A stretch of 64,000 bases of DNA, taken from an uncultured Bacilli bacterium (GTDB lineage: Bacteria > Bacillota_I > Bacilli_A > RFN20 > CAG-826). A program made the position numbers and the translations under genes. Below are positions 27,737 to 39,157 of the stretch, in pieces; within the stretch, counting starts at the first letter, position 1; each line of letters opens with the position of its first letter. Where the stretch lies: the NCBI GenBank assembly GCA_944363525.1, contig CALVUF010000003.1, positions 42,306-106,305 on the forward strand, written 5' to 3'. Under the pieces are notes generated by a model, which saw only the letters and a program-made list of their open reading frames with translations, had not been told where the DNA came from and searched no databases.

Positions 27737-28517
27737 ATTGACTGTCTCGGAAATCAAAAGCCTGAAGAAAGGAATCGAGGTTTCCTTTTCCAATGGGGGC
27801 AAACTGCTTTTAAGCCCCGATTCCTACACCGAGTTCCATCTTTATTCGGGCAAAGAGATTAGCCCATCCGAATATAAAGAGCTGGAACGGTTCGCTGAGT
27901 CGGATGCCTTATATTCCCAAGCCCTTTCTTGGCTATCCAGGAGCCGCCTTTCCATTAAAGAGACTCGACAACGGCTTAGCGAGAAGAACGCTGACCCGAA
28001 GCTAGTGGAGACGGTTATCAGCCGTCTGGAATCCCAGCATCTATTGGATGACGAAGCCTACGTTAAGGAATACCTGGAATATCGGGCTTATCCCTCCTTA
28101 TATGGGGTGAAGAGGATCCGGTTCGAATTAAGCCAAAAAGGTATTGGAGATGACCTTATTTCCAAACTTTCCTTCCCTGAGGAGAAGGAAATCAAACGGG
28201 CTGAGGAATTCGTCAAGCTGCAAGCCCGGAAGTTATCTAATGTCCCATTAGGGCAAAGGAAGCGAAAGCTGCTAATGGCTTTACAGTCCCGGGGGTTTAG
28301 CCTCGAGGTAGCCGAGCAAGCGACAGCTTCGGTTTCGATTCCCTTCGACCCTAAGAAAGAGAGAACGAGCCTCGAAATGGAGTTTGCTAAAGCGAAAGCC
28401 CATTACGAAGTGAAGTACCAGGGGTATGATTTACGGGAAAGGATTTACGGCCGCTTGGCCCGGAAAGGGTATCGAAGCGCGGACATTAAGCAAATATTGG
28501 AGGAGAACGATTTATGA
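27714..28517 (+). CDS. recX: Recombination regulator RecX
   Basis: Three-repeat helical RecX architecture (LSWLSRSRLSIKETRQRLSEK..., YVKEYLEYRAYPSLYGVKRIRFEL). Start chosen at the GTG preceded by GAGGTG. The longer ORF from 27513 only overlaps the GT4 gene in another frame. Confidence 0.75.
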   Translation: MSRRNPGELTVSEIKSLKKGIEVSFSNGGKLLLSPDSYTEFHLYSGKEISPSEYKELERFAESDALYSQALSWLSRSRLSIKETRQRLSEKNADPKLVETVISRLESQHLLDDEAYVKEYLEYRAYPSLYGVKRIRFELSQKGIGDDLISKLSFPEEKEIKRAEEFVKLQARKLSNVPLGQRKRKLLMALQSRGFSLEVAEQATASVSIPFDPKKERTSLEMEFAKAKAHYEVKYQGYDLRERIYGRLARKGYRSADIKQILEENDL

Positions 28518-29560
28518 TTAAGGACTTACACGATGGGGACCGGGTTTACGGCCGGTTCCTGATCAACGATTGCAAGAAGTGCGTATCCGGCAAGGGAAAG
28601 AACTATCTGACCCTTGTCCTGCAAGATAAAAGCGGTACCGTCGATGCGAAAAAATGGGACGTCAACGATGGGGACGAAGAGCTTTTCGCCCGGGGGAAGG
28701 TGGTCGAGATCACGGCCGATGCCCTCCTTTATAACAAGGCCTTGCAACTGAAGATCCATTCGGGGGAGAAAGTCGATCCGGCTTCGATCAAGTGGGACGA
28801 CCTCCTCATGAGCGCCCCCCGTTCTTCCTCCGAGATGGAGCAAAAGCTTAACGCCTACATCGAATCGCTGGTCGATCCCGACCTTAAGGCGCTGGTGAAG
28901 AAAGTCATCGACAAAAGCGAAGGCAAATACCTTTCTTGGCCCGGGGCGGTCCGGAACCACCATGAATTCGTCAATGGACTTTTGTTCCATTCCTTAACCA
29001 TGGCTGACCTCGCCATCAAGGTGTGCGAGGTTTATCCCTCGCTTAACCGCGACGTCGTTTTAGCCGGGACCTTAATCCATGACATCGGCAAAACCGTCGA
29101 ACTAAGCGGCCCCCAGGCCTGCGCCTTCACTTTAGAAGGGAAATTATTGGGCCACATCTCCCTTGGTTTCTCGCTCGTCAAGGAGGCGGCCGAGGAACTC
29201 GGGATGTATGCCTATGACGATTTAAAGGAAGAGGAGAAGACCATTAACCACCCACTTTACGCCAAAAAGGAACTGGCGGTCATCATGGAGCACATCATGC
29301 TGTCCCACCATGGAAAGCAGGAGTTCGGGAGCCCGATTCTGCCTTTGACTCGCGAATCCCTCATCGTCTCGATGATCGATGACATCGACGCCAAGATGAT
29401 GATCCTTGATAAGGCTTATGCTGAGGTCTTGCCCGGGGATTCGACCGCCAAGATCTTCTCAATGGACGAACGGTATTTCTATAAGCCGACTTACGTAAAA
29501 GAAAACCCCTCGCCGGCCGGCTTAAGCCTCGACGAGGAGTTGAAGGCCATCAAAGATTAG
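28514..29560 (+). CDS. yhaM: 3'-5' exoribonuclease YhaM (OB-fold + HD domain)
   Basis: N-terminal OB fold (GRFLINDCKKCVSGKGKNYLTLVLQDKSGTVDAKKW) and an HD domain (HHEFVNGLLFHSL...LIHDIGK). Confidence 0.85.
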   Translation: MIKDLHDGDRVYGRFLINDCKKCVSGKGKNYLTLVLQDKSGTVDAKKWDVNDGDEELFARGKVVEITADALLYNKALQLKIHSGEKVDPASIKWDDLLMSAPRSSSEMEQKLNAYIESLVDPDLKALVKKVIDKSEGKYLSWPGAVRNHHEFVNGLLFHSLTMADLAIKVCEVYPSLNRDVVLAGTLIHDIGKTVELSGPQACAFTLEGKLLGHISLGFSLVKEAAEELGMYAYDDLKEEEKTINHPLYAKKELAVIMEHIMLSHHGKQEFGSPILPLTRESLIVSMIDDIDAKMMILDKAYAEVLPGDSTAKIFSMDERYFYKPTYVKENPSPAGLSLDEELKAIKD

Positions 29561-29979
29561 TCTTTCTTGACCGCGGAAGCGATATCCATGGCCAGGCGCG
29601 GGAGGTTCATGCCGCTTGTGTCCTGACTTTTCATCGTGAGTTGGAACCCGCCTTCGCCTAAGGCGTAACGGGGGATGACGTGGACGTGGAAGTGGGGGAC
29701 GCTTTGGCCAGCCATCTCGCCGACGTTGGTCAGGATATTGACCCCCTTGGCCCCTAAGACCGCGATCTCGGCCTGACCGATCCGCCGGGCGACGTCGAAT
29801 ACCTTATGCATGGTATCCTGATCGCAATCAAGGAAATTGGCGCAGTGCTTTTTCGGCATGACCAGGGTATGGCCGCGGGTGGTTTGGGAGATGTCGAGGA
29901 TGGCGAGGACGTCATCGTCTTCGTACACCTTCGAGGAAGGGATGGTCCCTTCGATTATTTGGCAGAATACGTCTTTCAT
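29557..29979 (-). CDS. HIT-family (histidine triad) nucleotide hydrolase
   Basis: Histidine triad HFHVHVIPR. 140 aa. Confidence 0.85.
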   Translation of the reverse strand: MKDVFCQIIEGTIPSSKVYEDDDVLAILDISQTTRGHTLVMPKKHCANFLDCDQDTMHKVFDVARRIGQAEIAVLGAKGVNILTNVGEMAGQSVPHFHVHVIPRYALGEGGFQLTMKSQDTSGMNLPRLAMDIASAVKKD

Positions 29980-30036
29980 ATGCTTCTCCAGAAGAAAAGG
30001 GCAAGCTTGCGCCTGCCCTTTGATTATATACCTTCT

Positions 30037-31635
30037 TCAGTCGAATAAATCGGGGAAGGTGGTTTCGAAGTAGTCGTAGATGGTCTGGTCGTGATAAGAG
30101 AGGGCCATTTCCTCGACATAATGCTGCTGGGCCGCTTTCTGGTAGGATTCGGTATCGGAGACCAACCCGGCGACGGAGTAGATGATGTCGTAGATGTTCT
30201 TCCCTTCCATCTTGTCGTAGGAGGCATCGCCGCCTTGGACCAGTTTCGGGGCCTTGACCGCTTCGTCAACCCGGACGATGTACCAGGTCGAGGAATCCTT
30301 ATCGTAGATGCAATAGGGGTATTCCTCATCGTGCTCGTACTGCTCGGGGACCATGTAGTAGGACCCGCCGACGTACCAGCCGAAGTTGCCTTTGGCGTTA
30401 TCTTCCGCCGCCCCTTCCCGGTCGACTTCGTTGGCGACCGTGATCTTGAACAGACGGTTCGAGATCGAGGAGGCGAGGTCGGTTAAGCCGGTCGAGGTGT
30501 ACCAGCCTTCGGTGACGTGGCTGGTGGCGACGGTTTCCCGCTTCTTGATCTCCAAGCCGGTCTCCTTGGTGTAGGCGCCAGCATTGGTGAAGTCAGTCGA
30601 GGAACCGGTGACGTTCCGGTCATCGGAGAGTTCCTTGTAATCCTTGGCGATTTTGCCATAGGTCGTCTCTTCGTAGGTGGCCTCGGTGTTGTCATCGGCC
30701 GAGGCGGCCACGGTGGTGAAGCCGGCTTCGGCGTAGATAGTCTGGGCGAACTGGAAGTCTTCGTTGTTCTCCGCATCGACGAAGTAGCCTTTGTAAAGCT
30801 GATCGAGGAAGTGGAGGTCGCGGTACTTCGGATCGACATCGGTGCCATTGAGGACCAACTTGGCATAGGAACGGACTAACCGTTGGGTGCCGAATTGGAC
30901 GCCATCGATGTCAGGAAGGGCGATGTATTGGACCTTCCGGGCATAGGAACGGCCGAGGACGCCGTAGTTGTTGTCGAGGAGGTATTGCTCGACTAAGGCT
31001 TTCCGATAGATCGTCGGGAGGATGCTCCGCTCGATGTAGTCCTCGTAGGTGACGTACATGTCGGTGAAGTAATCCTCGACGTTTTGGTAATCCTTAGCCC
31101 CGTCGAGGGCGGTTTCCTTATAGGAAGCGACGGTGCCGAGCTTATAAAGCTCCGCGACCTGGGCCCGATAGAATTCCCGTTCGAGGAAGAGGGACCGCCT
31201 CTGATAGGTGGTGTTCTCGACGACGGACCACATCTGGGTCTTGATCTGATCGACGACGTGGCTTATGAAGGCTAAGGCGTTGGCCTGGCCTTTCTCCCCT
31301 TCGCCATAGACCGGATGGTTGGCGACGAAGGAGGCGAGTTTGGAATTGTCAGCATAGACCTCGTACATCCCGCCTTCGCCGAAGAACTCACCGAAGAGCC
31401 CTTTGGAATAAAGAGCGAGGATGTTGTTGAGGACCTTCTCCGAGTTGGAGTCGCCGGCCGTGACCAAAGCATTGTAGATTTGGCCCATGTTGTTGTTGAC
31501 GACGTCATCGAGGTTGAGGATCGGGGCGTCGGCGACATCAGTCGGCAATCCGGCTTCGACGTCGGAGCAGGACGCGAGGCCAAGGGTGGTGGCCGCTAAG
31601 GCGGTCAAAGCAAAGGCTTTCAGTTTATTTTCCAT
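30037..31635 (-). CDS. Large surface lipoprotein of unknown function (paralogue-like of the adjacent PrsA-type lipoprotein N-region)
   Basis: Start at MENKLKAF... (GGAGGAG RBS upstream). Lipobox LGLASC. About 530 aa, acidic, Tyr-rich. A rho-independent terminator (GGGCA...TGCCC + T-run) lies at about 29990..30025. Confidence 0.7.
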   Translation of the reverse strand: MENKLKAFALTALAATTLGLASCSDVEAGLPTDVADAPILNLDDVVNNNMGQIYNALVTAGDSNSEKVLNNILALYSKGLFGEFFGEGGMYEVYADNSKLASFVANHPVYGEGEKGQANALAFISHVVDQIKTQMWSVVENTTYQRRSLFLEREFYRAQVAELYKLGTVASYKETALDGAKDYQNVEDYFTDMYVTYEDYIERSILPTIYRKALVEQYLLDNNYGVLGRSYARKVQYIALPDIDGVQFGTQRLVRSYAKLVLNGTDVDPKYRDLHFLDQLYKGYFVDAENNEDFQFAQTIYAEAGFTTVAASADDNTEATYEETTYGKIAKDYKELSDDRNVTGSSTDFTNAGAYTKETGLEIKKRETVATSHVTEGWYTSTGLTDLASSISNRLFKITVANEVDREGAAEDNAKGNFGWYVGGSYYMVPEQYEHDEEYPYCIYDKDSSTWYIVRVDEAVKAPKLVQGGDASYDKMEGKNIYDIIYSVAGLVSDTESYQKAAQQHYVEEMALSYHDQTIYDYFETTFPDLFD

Positions 31636-33763
31636 CGTAGCAAGCTCCTCCATAAGCCCATTCGCCGGTTCCTTCCCGAGCGGCAACGCTGTTGTAGCCG
31701 ATGGCGCAGGTTTCGGAAATCAGCTTCTGGCTGCCGTCTTGTTTCATGGTGCGGGCGGCATCCTGCTGTTCGAGGTATTCGGCGTAGGTGACCCAGTCAT
31801 CGTCGAAGGACTTTTGGGTGTCATCGACGGCTTTCTGACGGGTGATGCGGATGTAATCCTTGATGAGCTTCCCGAAATCGGCATCGGCGAAGGTGATCTT
31901 CGAGCTGTCGAGTAATTCCTGGAAGATGTAGTTGTCGAGGTTGGAATCGAAGTTCTGGATGGCGTCCTTGACGACCTTGGCCTTGTCGGCGTAGCTGGAG
32001 TCAGCCGAGACCAGCTTATTGACGAAGGTGGTCTTGGCGGTCGCCTTCCCATCGACTACATAATAAGGATAATAGTCGGCTTCCCTATCCGCGGTAACCG
32101 AGCTCGGATTGCTCGGGAGGCGGTCCGGGGTGTGGATGGTGTAGTAGTCGTTGAGCGAAGTAATGTTCGAGCTCGACTTATTGGCATCGTAATCGGCCTT
32201 GGTGTTTTCCTTGATGGTCTTGTTGGTCGCATCGTAGCTCAAGCCATATTCGGAGAGGGCTGAACGGTCGGCGACGATGAAGTGGATGCCTTGGTAGGAG
32301 GAAGTGCCGGCCCGGACGGCGAGGATGATCTGGCCCTTGTCGTTGGTCAAGACATTGCTGTCGATGTCCGGGAGGATGCCGGTGGTGTCGACCGAGAATC
32401 CCGGAAGGGCGGCGTATTTGGTATCGAGCGTACCAGCGGTGATCGGCTGTCCGTTTTCATCCGCTTCCTTGGTGACATCATAGGTTTTGGCTGGGCTGTT
32501 TTCCTCAGTGATGTCACCCACCGGGGTGGCCCCGTCGGCCGTGATTTTCCCGTCAAGGAAGTCGTTATAGGAGATGCGGTTCGGGGTGATGACGGCGATC
32601 TGATGATTATTGAAGTACTTATTGAAGAGAATGTTCCGGGCGTAGTAGGTTGCGGAGTTCTCATTGACCTGGTAGCCGAGGTCCGGCTCACCGCCCTTGG
32701 CGGAATAGGAGACGGAGGCATCGGCGAGGGCGACGGCGGCGCCATAGGGGATGGTGCCGAGCTTGCGGTCGATAAATTCCTGCTTGACCGAGGTGCCGTC
32801 ATCGAGCTTGGCGTCATCGCTCGGGAGGAGACGGTTCTTCATCTCGTCGGTGGCGTAGGCGTTGTTGGCCTGATTGGAATAGAGGGCGTCAAAGGCATAG
32901 AGGCCGAGTTTGAATTCGGGGACGAATTCGGTCGAGAGGTCCATGATGCCCAGGTCGCCGTAATCCGACGAGGATTCGGTGTCATCGGAGAGCTCATAGG
33001 CGATCGAGCCGAAGCTCAAGCGCTGAGCGACCGGTTCGGTGCCATGTTTATTGTCCGAGGTGTCGGCGCCGGCGAGTTCCTTGATGACGTCGCCAAGCTT
33101 CTCCGACTCAGTGGCCGAGATGGTGGCTTGGGCGTGCTCATTGCTGCTAGCCGATTCAAACTTAACGAGGATGTGGGAGACGTGATAGGGCATCCGGGTC
33201 TTGAGGTAGCCATCGCTAACCGGGCCGAATTCCGCTTCGGCCTCAGCGGTCCGTAGGCTATCCCAGAGGCTGCCATCCCGCATCTTGCCAAGGTTGCTAT
33301 TGGTGTAATAGTCCTTGGTGAATTGATCTTCTTCTAATTCGTAGAGCTTAGCGTCGAGCAATTCGTCCACGTTATCGACGTTGTTCGAATCCAAGAGGGC
33401 TTCGAATTCCTCTTGGTAGCTGGTGCCATTGTTATTGGCGTTGGTCTCGGCCTGGCTCTTAATGCCATCGACGGCATTTTGGGCTTGATTCTGCAAGTCG
33501 GCGAGTTTGCTGGCTTGGGCCGGTTCCTGGTAGTACTGGCGGATCAATACTTCCTTGACCTTGGAATAGGCGGTGCTGGCGGAGCTGGCGGAATTCTGAT
33601 AATCGCCGAAGAGGTCCTCGGCGGTATATTTGACTCGATTCCCGGACGCATCCGTGTAAGTTAGCAGCACGCCTTCGTCGTAAGTGACCTCGGAGCAGGC
33701 AGCGAGGGCGCCGCCGGCGACGAGGGCTCCGACTAGACCAAGGGTGAGTTTAGTTTTCTTCAT
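31625..33763 (-). CDS. PrsA-like foldase lipoprotein with parvulin-type peptidyl-prolyl isomerase domain and long C-terminal extension (712 aa)
   Basis: Lipobox ALAAC. The parvulin core reads MPYHVSHILVKFE...FGSIAYELSDDTESSSDYGDLGIMDLSTEFVPEFKLG. The protein is much longer than canonical ~290-aa PrsA. Confidence 0.75.
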   Translation of the reverse strand: MKKTKLTLGLVGALVAGGALAACSEVTYDEGVLLTYTDASGNRVKYTAEDLFGDYQNSASSASTAYSKVKEVLIRQYYQEPAQASKLADLQNQAQNAVDGIKSQAETNANNNGTSYQEEFEALLDSNNVDNVDELLDAKLYELEEDQFTKDYYTNSNLGKMRDGSLWDSLRTAEAEAEFGPVSDGYLKTRMPYHVSHILVKFESASSNEHAQATISATESEKLGDVIKELAGADTSDNKHGTEPVAQRLSFGSIAYELSDDTESSSDYGDLGIMDLSTEFVPEFKLGLYAFDALYSNQANNAYATDEMKNRLLPSDDAKLDDGTSVKQEFIDRKLGTIPYGAAVALADASVSYSAKGGEPDLGYQVNENSATYYARNILFNKYFNNHQIAVITPNRISYNDFLDGKITADGATPVGDITEENSPAKTYDVTKEADENGQPITAGTLDTKYAALPGFSVDTTGILPDIDSNVLTNDKGQIILAVRAGTSSYQGIHFIVADRSALSEYGLSYDATNKTIKENTKADYDANKSSSNITSLNDYYTIHTPDRLPSNPSSVTADREADYYPYYVVDGKATAKTTFVNKLVSADSSYADKAKVVKDAIQNFDSNLDNYIFQELLDSSKITFADADFGKLIKDYIRITRQKAVDDTQKSFDDDWVTYAEYLEQQDAARTMKQDGSQKLISETCAIGYNSVAAREGTGEWAYGGACYDGK

Positions 33764-34026
33764 ACTGGACTCGTTCCTCCTTCGTCATGAACGTAGCGCG
33801 ATAATCATATGCTTTAACAAGTATTGTTACAAGGCTAAATTTCCACGCCAAAACCTAGGGCCGATGGCTTCTTTTTTCCAATTGGCCAAAATCCTCGGTT
33901 TTTCTTCGCCAAATATAAATATTTGGGTTAAATCCGTTGAAGTTGATGGGGCGAGGATGACCGATGCGGCGAAGAAAGGGTTGTTTTTGCTAACAAAATG
34001 ATGCTTTGGGGCTATAATCGAAAACA

Positions 34027-34506
34027 ATGAACGACACACCCAATAACAATTACTCCGAGCGCCGCTGCCCCCAATGCGGCACCAAATTGAACCCCGATGA
34101 CCGTTATTGCCCCCTTTGCGGGGCGGCGGTCGAGGAACCGAAAACCTCGAAGACCCCGGGCTACTGCCCCAAATGCGGGTTTTATAAAGACGACGTCAAC
34201 GCCCCTTGCCCGCACTGTGGCTACTCCCCCAATCAGCAAGCGAGTTTCTCCGCTTATCAGTCTCCATCCAACGGGGCTCAGAACTTCCAAAACAGCGATC
34301 CCGACTACAATAAGCCGATCAAAGGCGCCTTCCTTGGCTTCTTGATGGGTTTCTTCATCGGCATCATCGGTTTGATCCTTTGCCTGATCCTTGGCGACAA
34401 AGCCTGCAAGAAAGGCTGTGTCATTACCTTTATCGTTGTTTTTATCGTCGAAATCATTTTGGTCGCCATACTAGCGGCCTCCGGCAGCCTCGGGTTTATT
34501 CATTGA
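34027..34506 (+). CDS. Zinc-ribbon domain membrane protein (two CPxCG ribbons + C-terminal TM helices)
   Basis: CPQCGTKLNPDDRYCPLCG and CPKCGFYKDDVNAPCPHCG motifs. A TATAAT box lies ~12 nt before the ATG. Confidence 0.6.
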   Translation: MNDTPNNNYSERRCPQCGTKLNPDDRYCPLCGAAVEEPKTSKTPGYCPKCGFYKDDVNAPCPHCGYSPNQQASFSAYQSPSNGAQNFQNSDPDYNKPIKGAFLGFLMGFFIGIIGLILCLILGDKACKKGCVITFIVVFIVEIILVAILAASGSLGFIH

Positions 34507-34603
34507 CTTCCTCAAAGAATAAATTCTTTGTCCTTTTATCACATTTGTTGCCCTGTTGGCTTGAGGTCACTACAATATGGGGGCTTTTTGATAGGAGCTT
34601 TCT

Positions 34604-35434
34604 ATGCCAGCGTTATTGAAAATCGAAAACCTCCATGTCGCGGTCAAGGGGACGGAGATCCTCAAAGGCATCGATTTGGAACTGAATGAGGGTGAGACCC
34701 TCGCTTTATTGGGCCCCAATGGCCATGGCAAGTCGACCTTGCTCGGGACCATCATGGGCAATCCGATCTATGAGGTGACTGAGGGAAATATCGCCTTCAA
34801 AGGCCAGGATGTCTTGGCCATGAAGGTCGACGAACGGTCGAAAGCCGGCCTCTTCCTCGCCATGCAATACCCAGCCGAGATCCCCGGGGTCAATTCCAGT
34901 GACTTCCTGAAAGCGGCCATGAACGCTCGCCGGAGCAAACCCCTGACCCTTTTTGAGTTCTATTCTAAGCTTCAAGCGGCCTATAAGGCGGTCGGCATCC
35001 CCTTTGAGATGAACAACCGGAACCTCAATGAAGGGTTCTCCGGCGGGGAGAAGAAGCGGAGCGAGATTTTGCAGATGCTCTTGCTTGAACCCGACCTCGC
35101 CATGCTCGATGAGATCGATTCCGGCCTCGACGTCGACGCCATGCAGATTGTCGCTTCAGCCATTAAGGAGGAGCAGGCCAAAGGCCGTTCCTTCTTAGTC
35201 GTCTCCCATTACGCCCGTCTCTACTCGATGATCAACCCGACTCGGGCCGCCGTCATCATCAATGGGCGGGTTGCGGTCGATGGGGGACCGGAACTCATCA
35301 AACGGATTGACGCCGAAGGGTATGAATGGATCAAGCGGGAACTCGGCATCGAAATCGCCAAGGAAGAGTCGGCGATGAACGAGGTCTCGATTGGCGTGTG
35401 CGCCACTCGGGTGGCGGCGAAGGAGGGGAAATGA
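34604..35434 (+). CDS. sufC: Fe-S cluster assembly ATPase SufC
   Basis: Walker A GPNGHGKST, signature FSGGEKKR and a SufC-like C-terminus. A TTGCCC-17-TACAAT promoter lies at about 34541..34569. Confidence 0.92.
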   Translation: MPALLKIENLHVAVKGTEILKGIDLELNEGETLALLGPNGHGKSTLLGTIMGNPIYEVTEGNIAFKGQDVLAMKVDERSKAGLFLAMQYPAEIPGVNSSDFLKAAMNARRSKPLTLFEFYSKLQAAYKAVGIPFEMNNRNLNEGFSGGEKKRSEILQMLLLEPDLAMLDEIDSGLDVDAMQIVASAIKEEQAKGRSFLVVSHYARLYSMINPTRAAVIINGRVAVDGGPELIKRIDAEGYEWIKRELGIEIAKEESAMNEVSIGVCATRVAAKEGK

Positions 35435-36099
35435 AGACCCTCGTCTATCGCGATCAAGGCTGGGATGGGCACTTGGAGATAAGCGAGCCGACCAAGCTCA
35501 ACCTCGCTTTCTTTAAAACTTTCCCTTCGTTAGATCTATCAATCAAAGTCCATTCTGGCGTCTCTTTAGTCGCGGCTTTGGGGGATTTCTCCACCGGCGA
35601 AGGCAAGCTGAGCGTCAAAGTCGACTTAGAGGAAGGGGCGAGCCTCGAATGGCATTTGGCCGCGGTCGCCTCCTCTAACGACAAAAAGATCTTCGATATC
35701 TCCGCCTTCCATTTAGCGCGGGAATCGAAGGCCGTCGTCTCCAATTACGGCATCGCTAAAAACGGCGGCCGGCTGACCTTCGCCGGGGTCTCGAAGATCG
35801 AACGGGGCGCCAAAGGGAGCGATACCCGCCAGGAAGCGAAGATCATCGTCTTCGACTCCGGGTCGGACGGGAAATGCTCGCCGATACTCAAGATTGATGA
35901 AAACGACGTCAACGCTTCCCATGGGGCTTCGGTCGGACGCTTAAATGACGACCATCTGTACTATCTTCTTAGCCGGGGTCTGCCAGAAGAGGAGGCCCGG
36001 CGGCTCATCACCATGGGCTATCTGAAACCGGTCCTCGCCTACTTCGACGACGAGACTTTGAAAGGCCAACTCGAGCAGGCGATCGAGGAGGGGTTATGA
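35431..36099 (+). CDS. sufD: Fe-S cluster assembly protein SufD (short form, 222 aa)
   Basis: SufB/SufD C-terminal beta-helix region (DTRQEAKIIVFDSGSDGKCSPILKIDENDVNASHGASVGRLNDDHLYYLLSRGL). The ATG overlaps the sufC stop (ATGA). Confidence 0.8.
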   Translation: MKTLVYRDQGWDGHLEISEPTKLNLAFFKTFPSLDLSIKVHSGVSLVAALGDFSTGEGKLSVKVDLEEGASLEWHLAAVASSNDKKIFDISAFHLARESKAVVSNYGIAKNGGRLTFAGVSKIERGAKGSDTRQEAKIIVFDSGSDGKCSPILKIDENDVNASHGASVGRLNDDHLYYLLSRGLPEEEARRLITMGYLKPVLAYFDDETLKGQLEQAIEEGL

Positions 36100-37331
36100 T
36101 CGATCCGTACAAGATCCGGGAAGACTTCCCGATGTTCGTGAATAAGGTGTCAATGCAAGGGCACCAGCTCTGCTGGTTGGACAATGCCTCGACCACATTT
36201 AAGCCTTATTCGGTTCTAAAGGCCGTCGAGTCCTATTACACCTTCCATACCTCCAATTCCCATCGGGGCGATTATGATCTTTGCTACGACATGGATATGA
36301 AGGTAATGGAGGTTAGGAAGAAGATCGCCGCCTTCATCAACGCCGACCCGACCGAGATCGTCTTTACCTCGGGAACGACCAATTCTATTAACCTCGTGGC
36401 CTTTGGCTATGGAGCGAAGTTCTTAACCAAAGACGATGAGATCCTCATCACTCAAGCCGAGCACGCCTCCAACGTCTTGCCTTGGTTCAAGGTGAGCGAG
36501 ATGACCGGGTGCAAAATCGGCTATATTCCTCTTGATAAACAAGGACGTTTGACCGCGGAAAGCCTGCAAAAGGTCATTAATCCGCGCGTAAAACTCATCT
36601 GCATCGCCCATATAACCAATGTTTTGGGTTACGTGGCGCCTTTAAAGGAAATCGCGCAGATCGCTCATGAGCATGGGGCCTTGGTGGTGGTGGATGGAGC
36701 CCAATCCGTTCCCCATATCAAAACCGACGTCAAAGATCTTGATATCGATTTCCTCTCTTTCTCTGGTCACAAGATGCTCGGGCCGACCGGGATCGGGGTG
36801 CTCTATGGCAAGTTCGATCTGCTCTCAAAAACCGACCCCTTTATGACCGGGGGTGGGATGAATGCCAAGTTCGATATGTGCGGAGACGTGAATTATTTGC
36901 AGCCGCCGCTTCGTTTCGAAGCTGGGACGCAGAACCTTGAGGGCATCGTTGGGCTTGGAGCCGCCATCGATTATCTTAATTCCATCGGCCTTGAAAACGT
37001 CAATGAACACGAGATGATGCTGAAGAAATACTGCGTGGAGAAACTGCAGGAAACCGGGGCGGTGACCATCTATAACGCCGACTCCCCGGCCGGCATCGTC
37101 GCCTTCAACGTGAACGATGTCTTCGCTCAGGACGCCGCCACCTATTTCAACTCCAAAGGCATCGCTGTCCGGAGTGGCCAGCATTGTGCCAAGATCCTCA
37201 TCGACTTCCTCCATACCGTCGCCACCGTCCGGGCCAGCTTCTACCTTTACACCACCAAAGAGGACATCGACCGTTTGGTTGAGGCCGTCAAAACCTGCAA
37301 GGAGGGATACCTGAATGCCTACTTCAATTGA
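36096..37331 (+). CDS. sufS: Cysteine desulfurase SufS (class V aminotransferase)
   Basis: PLP-lysine region SFSGHKMLGPTGIGVLYGK. About 410 aa. Located within the suf operon. Confidence 0.92.
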   Translation: MIDPYKIREDFPMFVNKVSMQGHQLCWLDNASTTFKPYSVLKAVESYYTFHTSNSHRGDYDLCYDMDMKVMEVRKKIAAFINADPTEIVFTSGTTNSINLVAFGYGAKFLTKDDEILITQAEHASNVLPWFKVSEMTGCKIGYIPLDKQGRLTAESLQKVINPRVKLICIAHITNVLGYVAPLKEIAQIAHEHGALVVVDGAQSVPHIKTDVKDLDIDFLSFSGHKMLGPTGIGVLYGKFDLLSKTDPFMTGGGMNAKFDMCGDVNYLQPPLRFEAGTQNLEGIVGLGAAIDYLNSIGLENVNEHEMMLKKYCVEKLQETGAVTIYNADSPAGIVAFNVNDVFAQDAATYFNSKGIAVRSGQHCAKILIDFLHTVATVRASFYLYTTKEDIDRLVEAVKTCKEGYLNAYFN

Positions 37332-37756
37332 AATCACCCCCGAGATCATGCGGGAAATCATCATGGACCACGTCGCCAATCCGCGGCATAAGAAACGGAG
37401 CGATGACCCCTCGGCCCTCACCACCCATTCCTCCTCGGTCAATTGCATCGATGACATCGATGTTTATTTGACTTTCGACGAGCAGGATAAGGTCAAAGAC
37501 GCCTGTTGGGATGGGGTGTCTTGCTCCATTACCACCGCCTCGAGCGACATCCTCTGCGATTTATTGATTGGCAAGGATAAGGAAGAAGCCCTTTCGATCA
37601 TCGATGAATACATGAAGATGATCCGCGAAGAGCCGTACGACGCCTCGAAGCTGCAGGAGGCTTTGGCCTTCGCCAATACCTCGAAGCAGGCGGCTCGGAT
37701 CCACTGCGCCACCATCGCCTTTGACGCCTTCAAGCAACTTTTGGAGGAGCACCATC

Positions 37757-37764
<8 letters not shown>
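37315..37764 (+). CDS. sufU: Zinc-dependent sulfurtransferase SufU (IscU/NifU-like)
   Basis: Conserved cysteines in ...[20 protein letters not shown]... and HCATIAFD. Confidence 0.9.
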
Positions 37765-39156
<1,392 letters not shown>

Positions 39157-39157
<1 letters not shown>

